From Narcine bancroftii (taxonomy: Eukaryota): 64,000 bases of DNA. Both the position numbers and the translations under genes were made by a program. Shown in pieces: positions 1-12,754 of the stretch. How positions within the stretch are numbered: the stretch's first letter is position 1; each line of letters starts with the position of its first letter. Where the stretch lies: positions 119,598,001 through 119,662,000 of the forward strand of contig NC_091472.1 of NCBI RefSeq assembly GCF_036971445.1, read 5' to 3'. The notes beneath the pieces were generated by a model. That model was not told the origin of the DNA and did not search any database. It saw only the letters and a program-made list of their open reading frames with translations.

Positions 1-385
1 ACAGGGCAGTAACAAGAAGGGGAGGTGTCCTTGTACTCCTGTTAGGTAAAACATCATGAGATGGGAATGTACAGGGCTGTAACAAGATGTGAATGCATCC
101 TTGTACTTACAAGATAAGAGAGACATTGATGGATTGAGAGGCAGGAAGCTAGCAGGGAAAGGATAGCAACAGTTTTAGTCATTGGACAAGTAATGATATG
201 ATGATGTTCTAAGCACGTATCCAAGGGTATAAAAAATCACCATTTTGCTGATAACGGCAGAATGCATTCTCCGACTAACATGGTTAGTCGCAAGTGTTAC
301 AATCCGGTAATAAAGAACAAAGAACCCTGATTTCGACTCAGCCTGGTGTTTGTCTCACTCATTCATGAACAAAGCAGACCTAACA
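1..385 (+). mobile_element. LTR (5' end cut by the window edge), same family as 18844-19276
   Basis: Ends ...CCTAACA. TATAAAA at ~228 and AATAAA at 309. Near-identical to the reverse complement of 18844-19228 (about 3 substitutions seen). Confidence 0.85.
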
Positions 386-699
386 CTTGCTGAGTTCTTC
401 CAGCAGATTGTTTTTTTTTGCTCCTGGATTTTGATGTTTCTTTGTCCATTTTTTATTTTGGAGTTCCCCATTGCTTTATTTCTTTGTACATTGATGACAC
501 ATGCATAGGGACATGTATAGAAAAGCTTTTCAATCCTGCTTAACCATTTAATAAGACCTGATTGAACCTCAACTCTGCTTTCCTCTCAATCCATGGTAAC
601 CTTTGAATCCCTTTCTGTCTACTGTTGCCTTAAAGCTATTCAAAGTCTGCTTTTATTGCCCTTTGAGGAAGAGCGTTCCAAAGGCTCACAGTGCACAGT

Positions 700-1040
700 G
701 AGACAACTAACACTCCTGCTGCCTCAGATCTCCAGCAACGTGGTTCAACTCTTGGACTCTGGTACTGTCTGCACTGTGTTTGTACTTTCCCTTGGACACT
801 ATGGGATTTTGCCCAGGGGTGCTCCAGTGTCCTCCCGCATTCGAAAATCATGTTTTATTTTGGTTAATTGGCCGCCAGTATGTCTGGGACAGGGTGGGGG
901 AAGGGGGGAGGTAGTTGGTGTTGAGGGTAAGGTGGGGAGAATAAAATGGGATTAGTGTAGAATTAAACTAAATTGGTGTATGATGGTAGCCACAGACTAA
1001 GTGAGCTATAGGGCTTGTTTTTAATGCCATTTGATACTAT
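700..1040 (+). mobile_element. Degenerate tRNA-derived V-SINE-like element
   Basis: B-box-like ggttcaactc, V-core-like ...gggtgctccagtgtcctcccgc, CR1-like tail. Confidence 0.55.
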
Positions 1041-1964
1041 AAAGAGCCTCAGAGAGAAATAAAATCCCACCGTGGCTCTGTCTTAAATAGACAGTCCCTT
1101 ATTTTTAAACTGTAACCCCGAATTCTCAACTCTTACTCAAGAGGAAACATCCTGTTCACATTCATCCTGTCAAAACCCCAGAGAATTTTACCTATTTCAA
1201 TCAAATCCCCTCTCCCTCCAATGATACAAGCCAAGCCTGGCCACTGTTGATATTAGTCTCATCATTCCAGGTATTAGGTTAGTAATGCATGTATGATTGA
1301 TGTGTTATCCTAACTTTTCTTATCCTGTGCCCTGAACCTCTTAAGCAGGCAATGTTGCAGGTATTTTAAAATGCCATTAAAGGCATGGTGTTGGCATTAC
1401 TAAAATAATGTTTCCAGTGTAATGTATTAAGTGAAAAGTGGTTGAGTTTCCGAACCTAATGAAGCATGGCTGCTGCTATCATTAAGAATATGTGACTGAC
1501 GATACAATGAAACACCTGGAGGAATTTGCTCCTTTATCTATATTTTGGTAAAAATTTAAGACAAGCCAGGCTAATAGAATGCAATATTTTGTCTGCTAAG
1601 CATACAATTTTAAAAATACAATATCTAATATCTCAGTTTATTGTTTTACTACTTAGTCCTATTTATTTAACCATTCTTAACCCACACTACAGGAATTTCA
1701 AAGATTAAACAGACAGAGTTTAAACAGACAATTAGTTTCAGGGTTGGCTGTTAGGGGTTCAGATGCCTGGCTTGCCACAGTTATTTTTCCATATGTGCAG
1801 TGGTCAACTGTTTCTCTTTCACTAATGCTGGCTGACCTGCTGAGCATTTCCAGCATTCTGTCTCTTTCAGTGTCTGTCCTCTGGACAACTCATAAGCTTC
1901 AGTTAAACACAACTCCTTACTTCAACGTTTATTTTTCTAAAAAATCTAATTACTTTCAGAAAGT

Positions 1965-3520
1965 AAGAACGAGGAGAAGGAGAAGGCCATGTGGCTTGAC
2001 AAGCCTGCTCTGCCATGCTCTAAGATCATGGCTGATCTTGCCGTTAACTCAGCTCCACTTACCTGGTCTTTCCACGCAATTCAAAAATCTATCAATCTGT
2101 GTCTTAAATAGATTTAACGAGGCATGCTCTGCTGCTTCATTGGGCAGAGAATTCTCTGGGAGAAGCAGTTCCACCCTATCTCTGTCTTAAATATCGAGGC
2201 AATATCTCCTAGTTCTAATCTCGCATGCCAATGGAAACAATCTCCCTGCTTCTATCCTATCCATATATTTCGGCGGATAAGATGCCCCTTGAAGCACCCA
2301 AAAAAAAGGGGTCGTCTTATGGGCCAGCTACAAAAACAGATGACCGTAAATTCTAGATGGAAAAGTGGACCGGGCCCGACTGCCACCCTACTACTGGCGC
2401 TAGGCCCAAACACTTCCTCACCGCCGCTGCCTGTCCCAACACCTCCCCATCGCCACTGGTTCCCGACCACTTCCCCGCCATAACCCACCCAGAAATTTTA
2501 TGATTGTGAATTCTAGAGCCTGGGTGGGGGGGGGGGGGGGGGTGGTGGTGGTGGCGCGTGTCATGTCATGACGTCGGGTTAGACTGCAAATTCCTACTCT
2601 CCTCAAAAAAGTTGAGAAAAACAGTTACAAAAGGTTGAAAAAGTTAAGGAAAATAGAAGAAAGTATTTGAAGATTTAAAGAATAATTTAAAACGACGCCG
2701 AAGAAAGAAAAGCCAGCTGTAGTACCATAAGAAACGGAGCAAGAAAAAGATCCAGATAAAGAAGCGAGGCCTACCTTGAGGAAGGATCCAGGAGGTGTGC
2801 TTAAAGTACTGTCCAAGGAAGACAAGCCGGGAGCTGGAGAGAGCTTAGACATGGTTGTGCAGGGTCTCTCCCAACAATGGCTCCTCGCAATGGGTGAAGA
2901 GTGCAAAGAACACTGAGGCAGTTTTAAAAAAGGCTCAAGAGACTTCTAGCTCCAGTGAACAGGAAGAAGAGCAAGAAAAACACTCTGAACAAGGATATGA
3001 ACAAGGAGCCCGAGATGACTTCTTCAAGTAGATGGCACTGCACCCAATGTTGAGAATAGAGGTATCATCACCAACTCCGGCTCCAGCTGATAGATGCTGA
3101 AAACTTGGACCCAGCTCCATTTGGCATCTTCCAGGCCAGAAGCAAAATTTTGCTGATTTTTTTATTGTTATTGTAATCACTTGCTTGCTTAATTTACAGA
3201 TTTGTTACTTGGCAATTGGGATGTTGTAACAAAGTTTGGGTTGTTGCTAGGAGGCCCAGACATCAGTCTCCAGCAAGTTCCTTGTAACTGCTCTGAGGCG
3301 TTAAGCAGAAAACTGGCAGGTCGTCTTATACGACCGATACGAGCTAAAACCATGAAATTCATACTGAAATTAGCGTCCTGTCTTGTCTGAAGATTGTCTT
3401 ATCCGCCGAAATATGTGGTATTCCTTTTCAGTTTCTATAAGATTCCCCCGCAACCTAAACCCTCAGGCTACCCAATCTCTCCTCATAAGCTAACCTTCAT
3501 TTCCTCGGGAGGTATACATT
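1965..3520 (-). mobile_element. CR1 LINE 3' fragment interrupted by a DNA transposon
   Basis: CR1-like sequence at ~1965-2260 resumes at ~3421-3520 (...cccaatctctcctcataagct). Confidence 0.6.
2261..3418. mobile_element. Non-autonomous Tc1/mariner-type DNA transposon (~1.16 kb)
   Basis: TIRs CCATATATTTCGGCGGATAAGA and TCTTATCCGCCGAAATATGTGG, the right one followed by TA. Subterminal GTCGTCTTAT repeats. No transposase ORF. Confidence 0.7.
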
Positions 3521-3719
3521 TTTTTCAGATTGGTGATGTGGGAGACCATTTGCATTTTGCAAACTCGTATCATAGGTATGAGGGGAATGACAGGCACTTG
3601 TTGTTGGACGAGGAAAATTGTGCCTCTTCTTTGACCAATGCCCTGATGTATTTTACATCCTCCTGACATAGACACAGTATTGGTTTAACTAAAGAGAGTG
3701 CCTCTGAGCAACGTTCACT

Positions 3720-4450
3720 GATTACTGAATGCAGTTTTGGGCCCCTTACCTAAGAAGAGATACAATACGAGGTGGTTCAAAGGAATTTCATAATGCTAAT
3801 TTCTAGCTTGACTGGATTGTCCTTTCAAAATAAACTAAATAGTGTTGTGTCTGTACTCCTTGGAGTTTAAAAGAATGAGGGGTAACCTTATTGAGACATA
3901 CAAGATCTGAGGGATCATGACAGGGTAGGTATTGAAGTAAAAATATAATACTGGAGAAACTCAGCAGGTCAAACAGTGTCCTTTATATAGCAAAGATAAA
4001 AATACACAAGCGACGTTTTGGGCCCTTCATCAAGGTATGGTAGGCATCTGAATAAAAAGGTGTGGGGGGAGGAGCATGTATCAAAGGCAGGAGGTGATAG
4101 GTGGAGAAGGGAGAGAGGGCATACAGTAAGCAAGCAGAGGAGGGTTGGCTAAGTGAATAGAAAGAAGATGTTTCACTAGTGGCAGAATCAAATGAAGGAA
4201 AATAATTTCAAGATAAGGAAATGGTCATTTAAAACTGAAGTGCATAAAAATTTCTTCTTTCAATGTATGCTGAAAGATCAAGATCATGAAAAGTTATTTA
4301 AAATGGAGGCAGATTTTTTTTTGAACGATCAAAGAAATAGAAAGCTATAGAGATGGCATTGAGGCCTAGTAGGTTAGCCATCATCACACGACTGGTGGGG
4401 CAGGGTTCGGAGACCAGGTTCCCTACTCCTACTCCTCACCTCTTGTGTTC
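3720..4450 (+). mobile_element. CR1 3' fragment interrupted by a Penelope-type repeat (~3935-4165)
   Basis: CR1 motifs (cagttttgggccccttacc, agaatgaggggtaaccttattgagacatac) flank a ctggagaaactcagcaggtc repeat. Confidence 0.6.
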
Positions 4451-5375
4451 TTGGGGACTGCATTGAATTTACTCAAAGAGGAAGCCATCTGTCTTCCAAC
4501 TTAATTCTCCCAGCTTATGGTGGTGCCACCCAATACCGCTAACTTGTGAGTTCCCTGATCTCTCTAATGATAATGTCAGGCCCTCTTATAAAGCCAGTGA
4601 TCAAATGCTTGCTCCTATACCTGGAGTCTTGCTAAGTTGCTCACTGTCAATAATTTGGTAACATATCACTGTATTTATGGAACCCATTCTCTGTTGATTT
4701 TCAAGAACAGTTCATACTTGCAGTTACCATAAACTTTATAAAGTGTTTGGGGTATTATATTTGTTTCTCATGATCTGTGAAAATAAATCAGCCTAATTTC
4801 TCATCTGCCGGAAAAACTCAGGAGGTCAAGCAGCAACAGTGGGAGAAAAAAGAATTGTCAATGTTATGGGCTGGAACCCCTCATCAAGACTTCATAAGGA
4901 TTTGGCTCAAAATGTTGAGCATTCTTTTTCTCCCATTGATGTTGTTCCAGCTTCCAGCATCTGCCATCTCCTGAATGTCCTCAGTCCAATTCCTAAACTT
5001 GTAAATTTATTCAGGGGAATCGACCCTGGACATTACAAGAACAGATGAGATAGTTAACCACTTAATTAATTTTGGGTCTAGTTATAATTATTAAATGTTA
5101 TATTGTAATGGATATATTATATTTTATATATAAATATGTTTTAAAGGAGATAGATTGTGGGGGGGGGTGGGTAAGAATGTAGGTCACAAATACACAAACA
5201 CTTCACAAAATAGATCTCATTTAAAATGCAAGAGCTTTTCTCAAGCCAGACAGTCCAGGCACCGAGAGCCTTTGCAAAGACAAAAACTATTTTGGAAATG
5301 CATTCCTAAGGAACTTCAAAAGCAGGTATAAATGGATTATTGTTTTGGAAGCAACAGATGAACAGAAAATCAATT

Positions 5376-6290
5376 AGAATCAGAATTTATTGTCATGAAC
5401 AAGTCATAAAATTCAGTGTTTTGTGGAAGCGTCATAGTGCAAACATTCACGTTATAACCATCTTACGACATTACTATAAAAAATATAAAAATAAAAGTGC
5501 ACAAAATGTAAAGCAGTATCTTTGGTTCATTGATCATTCAGGAATCTGATGACAGTGGGGAAGAAGCTGTCCTTGTGCTTGTCTTTAGGCTTCTGTAACT
5601 TTTCCCCGAAGGAAGAGGGCATGGGGGTCTTTCAGGATAGAGGCTGCTTTTTAAAGACACCGCCTCATGTCAATGTCCTCGATGGTGTGAAGTCTGGTGC
5701 CTGTAATGTTGCAGGCTGAGTTAACAACCCTCTGGAGTTTATTCTTGACCTGAGAGTTGGCACCTCCATATCAGGCAGTGATGCAACCAGCCAGAATGCT
5801 CTCCATGGTACACCTGTAGAGGTTTACGACTGAATCTCCTCAGACATCTCAAAAAGGTGTATTTGTGTTTGCATCAACATAGAGGCTCCAGGACAGATCC
5901 TCTGAGATGTTGACGCCCAGGTGTTTGAAGTTCTTGAGCCTTTCCACTACTGAGCCCTCGATGACGTCTGGGCTGTGTTCCCCCGACTTTGTCCTGAAGC
6001 CCACAATCATCCCCTTGGTTTTGCTGATGAAGAGCATGAGGTTGTTGCCATTCAACAAGGTGACCTCGCTCTCTCCTGGACGCTTCCTCATTGCTGTTTG
6101 TGATTTTGCCATTCACCGTGGTGTCATTGGCAAACTTATAGATGGCATTGGAATTGTGCTTGGCCACACAGTAGAGCCACTGGTAAGCACTCATCCTTGG
6201 GGTGCGCCTGTGTGGATCATTGTTTCCAATTCGTACTGGCTGTGGCCTTCCAATGAGAAAGTCAAGGATCCAGTTGCAGAGGCCTAGAGC
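5376..6290 (-). mobile_element. Rex1/Babar-type LINE 3' fragment
   Basis: Frameshifted RT peptides LCNWILDFL, YKFANDTT, KTKGMIVGFR, FKHLGVNISEDLSWS; (TTCTGA)-like tail. Confidence 0.8.
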
Positions 6291-7299
6291 TAGCAGACTT
6301 CTAGTGGACAAGTGTGTATTAATGGGAACTGAGGAACATGTCAGTGTGCTGTAAAATGTCCATTCCCAAGAACAGAAGTGTATTTGCCAGTACGTGGGCC
6401 ACTGCTTGAAATACCTGCCTGACAGATTGTGACTCTGTCGGATGATTGATAGTGAACAACATGGGCTTATTTTACACACCTGTGTTTGCATTGGGTTACC
6501 AAGCACCTGCGAACACAACAACCCACAACTGGAATCCAAACTGGAAAGTGGAGCGAGCTTTTCAAATGCGGGCGGACCGATTAACCATTTCATAACGCGA
6601 TTTTAGACATTTCCTTTGGGGCGGGGAGGGGAAATATCTCTGCAGACAAAGCCCAAATCAATGTTTTCAGTTCGTTTGAAATCATCCCGAACAGTAACCT
6701 GGTAACCCCTGGGATCGGATGTCATATTTCTGCTGCCGGGGAGCAAAGAGGAACCGGCAGGGAGTGGGTCTCAGCACATACAACTCATTCATTCTTCGCC
6801 AAATACTTTAGCAACCGAAATCTTTGTTTGGGCCGCTCGGAGTCTAATAATACTTTAGCCATCTCCCTTTTCGTTAAGAACAGGTGCCATTATAGTAGAT
6901 TCGACGTGGTGTAATATTTATCCACAGGGCATCTGAAGGAGAGTGGTCAAATTAAATACTCTGCATCATTCCTCTCTGAGCTCACCATCACGACTTGTTC
7001 GGGGTAAGTTTCTCTCGGTTTAGGAGTTACGATGTAGAGTCGCTTTCGTGTTGTTGCAGGTGTTCCTCCAATTCCGTGCCCGGTCAGAGAATGTGTGTGG
7101 ATGAGTTGGTTCTTTTCCACAATGGGGAGATGAAGTAGTTGGCCGGACAATAACTTTTCGATGGGCATCATTGTTCAGACGAAGTCTAAAGTTGCAGCTC
7201 ATTTACTTCTGTGGAGAGCAGGGATATCGTGAGCCTACAAACCTCTCTTAAACTCCAGTGGTTCACACCATATTTGATCTCCCGTGGAATATGGTAGAC

Positions 7300-8060
7300 A
7301 ATTAGTGTCTTGTCATTCCCACAAGTACAATGTAGATATGCATTCGAATTACCGCTTGCTGCAGCAAATCAGGCACCACGTAACAAGAAAATTCACTCCA
7401 AAAATATACATTGTTACTATAAGGTTAAAAAAAATAATGCATTGAAAAAGATAGATAAGGAATATTTACAGTTACAGTAGAGCAAGTTGTTTTAGTGGTG
7501 CAGGCAGTCTATTTATGGTTAGGGTAGTAAGGGGAGGTACCAGTTGTTGGGGAAAAAAAAGTGTTCTTGAACCTCTAGATACTGGACTTTTAGGCTTCTG
7601 TACCTTCTTCTGGAAGGTAGCAGTGAGAAGAGGTTGTACCAGGGTGGTGGGGGTCCTTTCTGATGTTAGTTGCCTTCTTGAGGTAGCGCCTCACATGGAT
7701 GGAAGGTGATGGACTTGGCTGTATTTGCTCATTTCTGCAGCTTTCTGCAGTCCTGGACATTTGAATGGCTACAGCAGGCTGTGATGCCACTGGTCAGTAC
7801 ACTTTCCACAGTGCACCTGTAAAAGTTTGTTAGAGTATTTGTTCACAGAACAAATCTCCTCCGAAAGCATTGGCATTGGTGTGCCTTCTTGACTTGACCA
7901 TCGCATCAATGTGAATGGTCCAGGTCAGATCATTGGAAGTGTTTACTCCCAGGAACTTGAACCAATCCACTGTCTCCGCTTCAGTATCATTGAAGTGGAT
8001 AGGAGTGTTGGCTCCACCCTCCTTTCCTGAAATCTATGATCAGATCTCTGTCATACTGAT
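7300..8060 (-). mobile_element. Degenerate Rex1/Babar-type LINE 3' fragment
   Basis: LKKATNIRKDPHHPG peptide and nucleotide similarity to the other Rex-type copies in this window. Confidence 0.6.
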
Positions 8061-8385
8061 CATGTTATTGCCAAGTAAACTGGAATTGGATTGTCAATTT
8101 CAAGTCAGGTTTAGACTCCTATAAATAGGCCATAGATTGGGTGAGATATCCAGTGGTAGCAAATCCACAGTGCTCAACTGGAATAAGCATGTGCACACAC
8201 TGTAACTCTTGTTCATTGAGTAACACTTGTCCCTCAATCATGATTTTATGAGCCTATGTTTTTTGAGTTTGCAGGTCGCATTTTCTGCATGCCTTAGGTC
8301 CTACTCAAAAACAGCCAACAAACATTTCATCCTTTAGTGGGAAGTGATTAAGGTTTCATGTCAATTCTACAGACAATGTCTAAGC

Positions 8386-8760
8386 CAATGGTTCTCAACC
8401 TTTTTCTTTCCACTCACCTACCACTTTAAGTAATCCCTATGCTATCCATGCTCTGTGATTAGTAAGGGATTGCTTAAGGTGATTTGTGAGTGGGAAGGGA
8501 AGGTTGAGAATCACTGCTCTAGATCTAATTGTTACTGAAATATTTTTCTTGAGAAAAATTGTCATTGGCCCATTTCCTTTGGAGTTATGAAACTGTGCAC
8601 ATAATGAGTCAATTAGGTATGATTAAAACAGTGGTTTTCAAACTTTTTCTTCCCACCCACATACCACCTTAAGCAATCCCTTACTAATCACGGAGCACCG
8701 ATGGCATAGGGATTACTTAAAGTGGTATGTGAGTAGGAATAAAAAGGTTGAGAACCATTG
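8386..8760. mobile_element. Compound hAT (Charlie-like) MITE, 375 bp, palindromic
   Basis: Termini CAATGGTTCTCAACC...GGTTGAGAACCATTG. Arms of ~130 bp (8386-8516 and 8629-8760) are inverted copies of each other. Confidence 0.8.
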
Positions 8761-9504
8761 GTATACTTGTTGACATTAAGGACTGTTTCACTGAATCAGA
8801 TCATTTGGAATTTTGACTTTCCTTTCTCCATGCAAATTCAGCATGTGCATTTCCTTTATATTGCTTCTCAGGGAATTACATCAAATGGTAAAGAGCTCTG
8901 TAGCTAATTTACAATAAACCACAGATAAATAAATGATTCATATATTCTGCTGCAGGGCTTCCATCTGAAATGCTAACCATCATTTTGCCTCCATAGATAT
9001 TTCTTGACACATTGAGTTCTTCCAGGGTTCTGCTTTTTTTCTTCCCAGATCCTAGCATCTGTAGTCTCCTGTATATCTATCATAAATCCTAACTGTTTGG
9101 CATTTGGCCCACCAGGTGTTGTATGCCCGTGCTTTCTTCATGACCCTAATTCCCATTCACAGAACTCTATTTCTTGTGCTTCCTTCCCTTAGACCACACT
9201 TTGGCTCCTAGGCTCTCCTCCCATTCACTGGGCTGCTGGTTACTGTGCTCTCTTTCAACTCATCAGGTCATAGTTGATAAGCTTCCTTTAAAACACTGTT
9301 AACTGTAAAATGTATTAGAACACAATGGAATATCCAAAACTGGTGAAATAAAGGAACATTGAGGTATTAACAGAAATTACATCCAATAGCCTCGAAGATT
9401 CCACAATCTGGCACCACCAAAGTGTGCCTGATTACTAAAGTTTTACCATACTTGCATTTGCTCTGAATATTCAAAGGAATTGAACTTTTATTCGACCATG
9501 ACAT

Positions 9505-9895
9505 CTTTTCCATGGATTGTCATCTTGTCATGGCGGAGAAAGTAGTGTGGTCCTGGGATCCTGAGAGTGATGCTATCTGGAGCTATGCTCCTGGTTGGTC
9601 CATGCATGGCAGTAAGGTCGAGGGTGAGATCCCTGACAAAGAAAAATCCAACCAAGACCTCAACGGTGGAACAGACGAACAAAATTACTTCAAACTCAAT
9701 GGCTGCAAAGGCAGACGAAGGCTGCAACAAATCCATCAGCTCCGATCGTCGTGGTTTCCATGCCATTGGAATTAGTTGATTGATTTGTGAAGTTTTGTGC
9801 ACTTCTTGGTGTACATGCACAGACATGTAAAATGTGGAAAATGGAACAAAGTCCATCATCCTCGACCTAAAACGATATCCACGAAGATGACATCT
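9505..9895 (+). mobile_element. RTE-clade 5'-UTR-like fragment or short RTE derivative
   Basis: catcttgtcatggcgg...gagctatgctcctgg...ggtcgagggtgag resembles recalled RTE/Expander 5' ends. Confidence 0.45.
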
Positions 9896-12754
9896 TCTTA
9901 AAAGTTGTTCCCAATGATACGATAGGTATTGTATATTTGGACATTCAGAAAGCATTCGATAAAGTGTGATAAAGGAGGCTAATAAAGAAAAGGACCTACA
10001 TAATTAATAGGATGGGGTGGAAAAGAAACAAAAGATCTCAGTGACTGGAACAGGGAATGGCTACTGATGGTTTTCATATTTGGAGGTGGTTTTTCCTGAT
10101 TTTTCTCCAATGGTTAATATTGAATGCACTATAAATCAATGATTTGTAGATGAACTAGATTTGGGTGTAGACGGCGACTTAAAAGTTTGCAAATGATACA
10201 GAGTCATCCATATTGATGTCATTGGAGATAATGAAGAAGGACAACATATGCATTCATTAAAAACACACTGAAATGCTGGAGGAACTCAGCCAGTCTCGCA
10301 GCATTCATCGGAGGTAAAGATATATTGTTAATGTTTCGGGCCTGAGTCCTTCTTCAAGGTATAAGCAAAAAGCACTTTAAGTGCGCCCTTCATGATGCTA
10401 AATGGCTTTATTGAACCCCTCTCAATCTCTTTTGTTCCATTTTCTCCAGTCTTTCCACATAACTGAATTTTCTTATCCCTGGAATCATTTTGGTCAATTT
10501 CTGCTGCATTCTGCCTCAAACCTTTGCATATTTCCTAATAGGTGGTGTCCAGACTGGAATTAGTACTCCCATAGTGGCTCAGCCAGTGTTTCTAAAGGTT
10601 CATCGTAAGCGCTGGCCAAGTTGTCATCTATTGTTGGCAAGACACTAAAATAATCATTTAGGAAAGCTCAATTTTTCAATCAAATTCAGCATGATAAATA
10701 TCTTTGGACATATTTGAATTCCCCAAGGAACTAATATATTGTCAATAGAGGGAAACCTGTAGATGTAGCATATTTAGATTTTCACAAGAGACATTTCACA
10801 ATGTGCCATAAGTTAAGAGCATGTGAGATCAAGTGTGTAAACTGATTGAAAACTGGTTATCACAGAAAACAGAAAGTTTGAATAAATGAATATTGTTCAG
10901 GTTGAAGCCTAATATTCCAAATTGATTCTCAATAGTTCCCTGCTATTTATAGGCTCCACTTTCTTTTTAATTAAAGGTTCAATATTTTCTGTTTCTTTTC
11001 CTCATCCAATCCCTTCTCTTTCACCCCCTCCATCATTGATACGGATTTCAATCAACAGAGAATTGGCAAGACCATCGGGGAAGATGAAACATCAGTTCCA
11101 AAGGATTAGAGCAGGCAGACGTGGTATGAAATGATCATTCTATTCCAGACCCGTTCAGATCGTGTTAAGACTGAAATCTGCTGACGCTTAGAGTTAAATA
11201 TCCAATTCATTCATTTATAGAAAAGTACATGGAAAATGTTCAAATAACAATCGTCTTTTTTTTTAAATCTGCATTTCAAAAAGACGCCGAGTTAGAAACA
11301 CGCGAATCGAATTCATAACCTGTGCAATAAAACGATTGTATAACAAAGAGCAAATAGATGCAGAGTGAATGTTTCTGTCTAAGTTGGCTGTCAGGAGAAA
11401 GGAACTGCGCAGATTCACTGTCCCTCACGTCTCAATGTTGGTTGCAGGCACCGAGTTGCTTTGAAGTGTTGAAATTGTGCAGAGCGCAGACAAGCAATGG
11501 AACTGAGTGGTTATTTTGCAACACGACCTTTCCTCCCAGGTGAATATGACTGCGAATGCCTGGTATCCGTTGTTGTCCTGTTGACTTGGTTCAAACTCAC
11601 GGCTGCCTTACCCTCTTCGCCCGCATCCATCTGTTCTACAATGTCAGCGAACAGGAAAGGAAGTGTCTTATTGGCTTCAAAGTAAAAAAAAATAGGAGCG
11701 GCCCGGTGGTGGAAACATCATGAAAGTTCGCCTGCTCCCGCTGCTTCGACCTTGAGTCTCTGACAGGTTGCCATCACTGAGTCAGACCTCGGGCAGAGAA
11801 CACACGTTTAATGGGGTTTCCGTCTATTCTGTGATAAATCGAATTCTTTTACTATTGCAAACAGATGTGGGGAGAGATTTTACGAAAACATAATGTGCAA
11901 GGAAGTGGTGAGAATCATTTGAGGTGAATTGGGAAGTCAATAAAGGGAAGCCGGGTAGAAATGGCAATTCCTTGAGCGGCAGCTTTTGGCCCCAGGCGGT
12001 CGTTAACAATGATTTATTATTTGAAATAGAACGATGGTTTTGAGCTCAGTTTTCACTTCTGAAGTGGACATTGTTTGGTTTGGACACGAGGAGAGCATCC
12101 GTCTCTGGCCCAGCGGATTGTTCGTGGCTTTCTCAGTCACAACGTTCCCAGCTCAACCGTGGGCACAAAGAATCCGGAGCACTTCAGTTTTATGTGGCAC
12201 GTCTTACTGTATGGGTTGACTTGTATGGATAGCACGCAAGCAAAAAATGGATACACGACTATAATAAACAATGAGAGCATAAAAATAAAAGAAGCAGGAG
12301 CAAGTGTGGGGGAACTGGACATTCAATAAGATCATGGCTGATCTAGCGCTAGACTCAGCTCCACTTCACCACCCATTCCCAATCACCCTTAATACCTTAC
12401 TATCTATCTGTGCCTTAAATACATTCAACCAGGCAGCCTGTGATTCTCTTCCTTGGACAGATTCACTACTTTCTGGGAGAAGCAGTTCCTCCTCTGAGAT
12501 TCTACTATGGATTTAACAATATTTATTTATTTTACATATGTATATATGTACTGCATCTCTATGTGTACTGTTTGCCTGCATGTGGGTTATGTCTGTATGT
12601 GTGTTTGCACGTTTTCATACCAAGGTTGTACTTGTACTTGAACTCATCTTTGTCTTAAATCTACTCCCCTGAATCTTGATGCTATGACCTCTAATTCAAT
12701 TCAACCACTCATCAAGCAGTAAAGGTCACTGCAGCCTCCTCTCTGGTGCTCCCT

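Noticed and set aside
5104-5372. Possible truncated LTR starting TGTAATGG
   Set aside because: No CA terminus, TSD or second copy in the window; cut by a LINE.
5874-6593. 239-aa minus-strand ORF
   Set aside because: Chimeric reading through a frameshifted Rex-type LINE and unique flank; not a gene.
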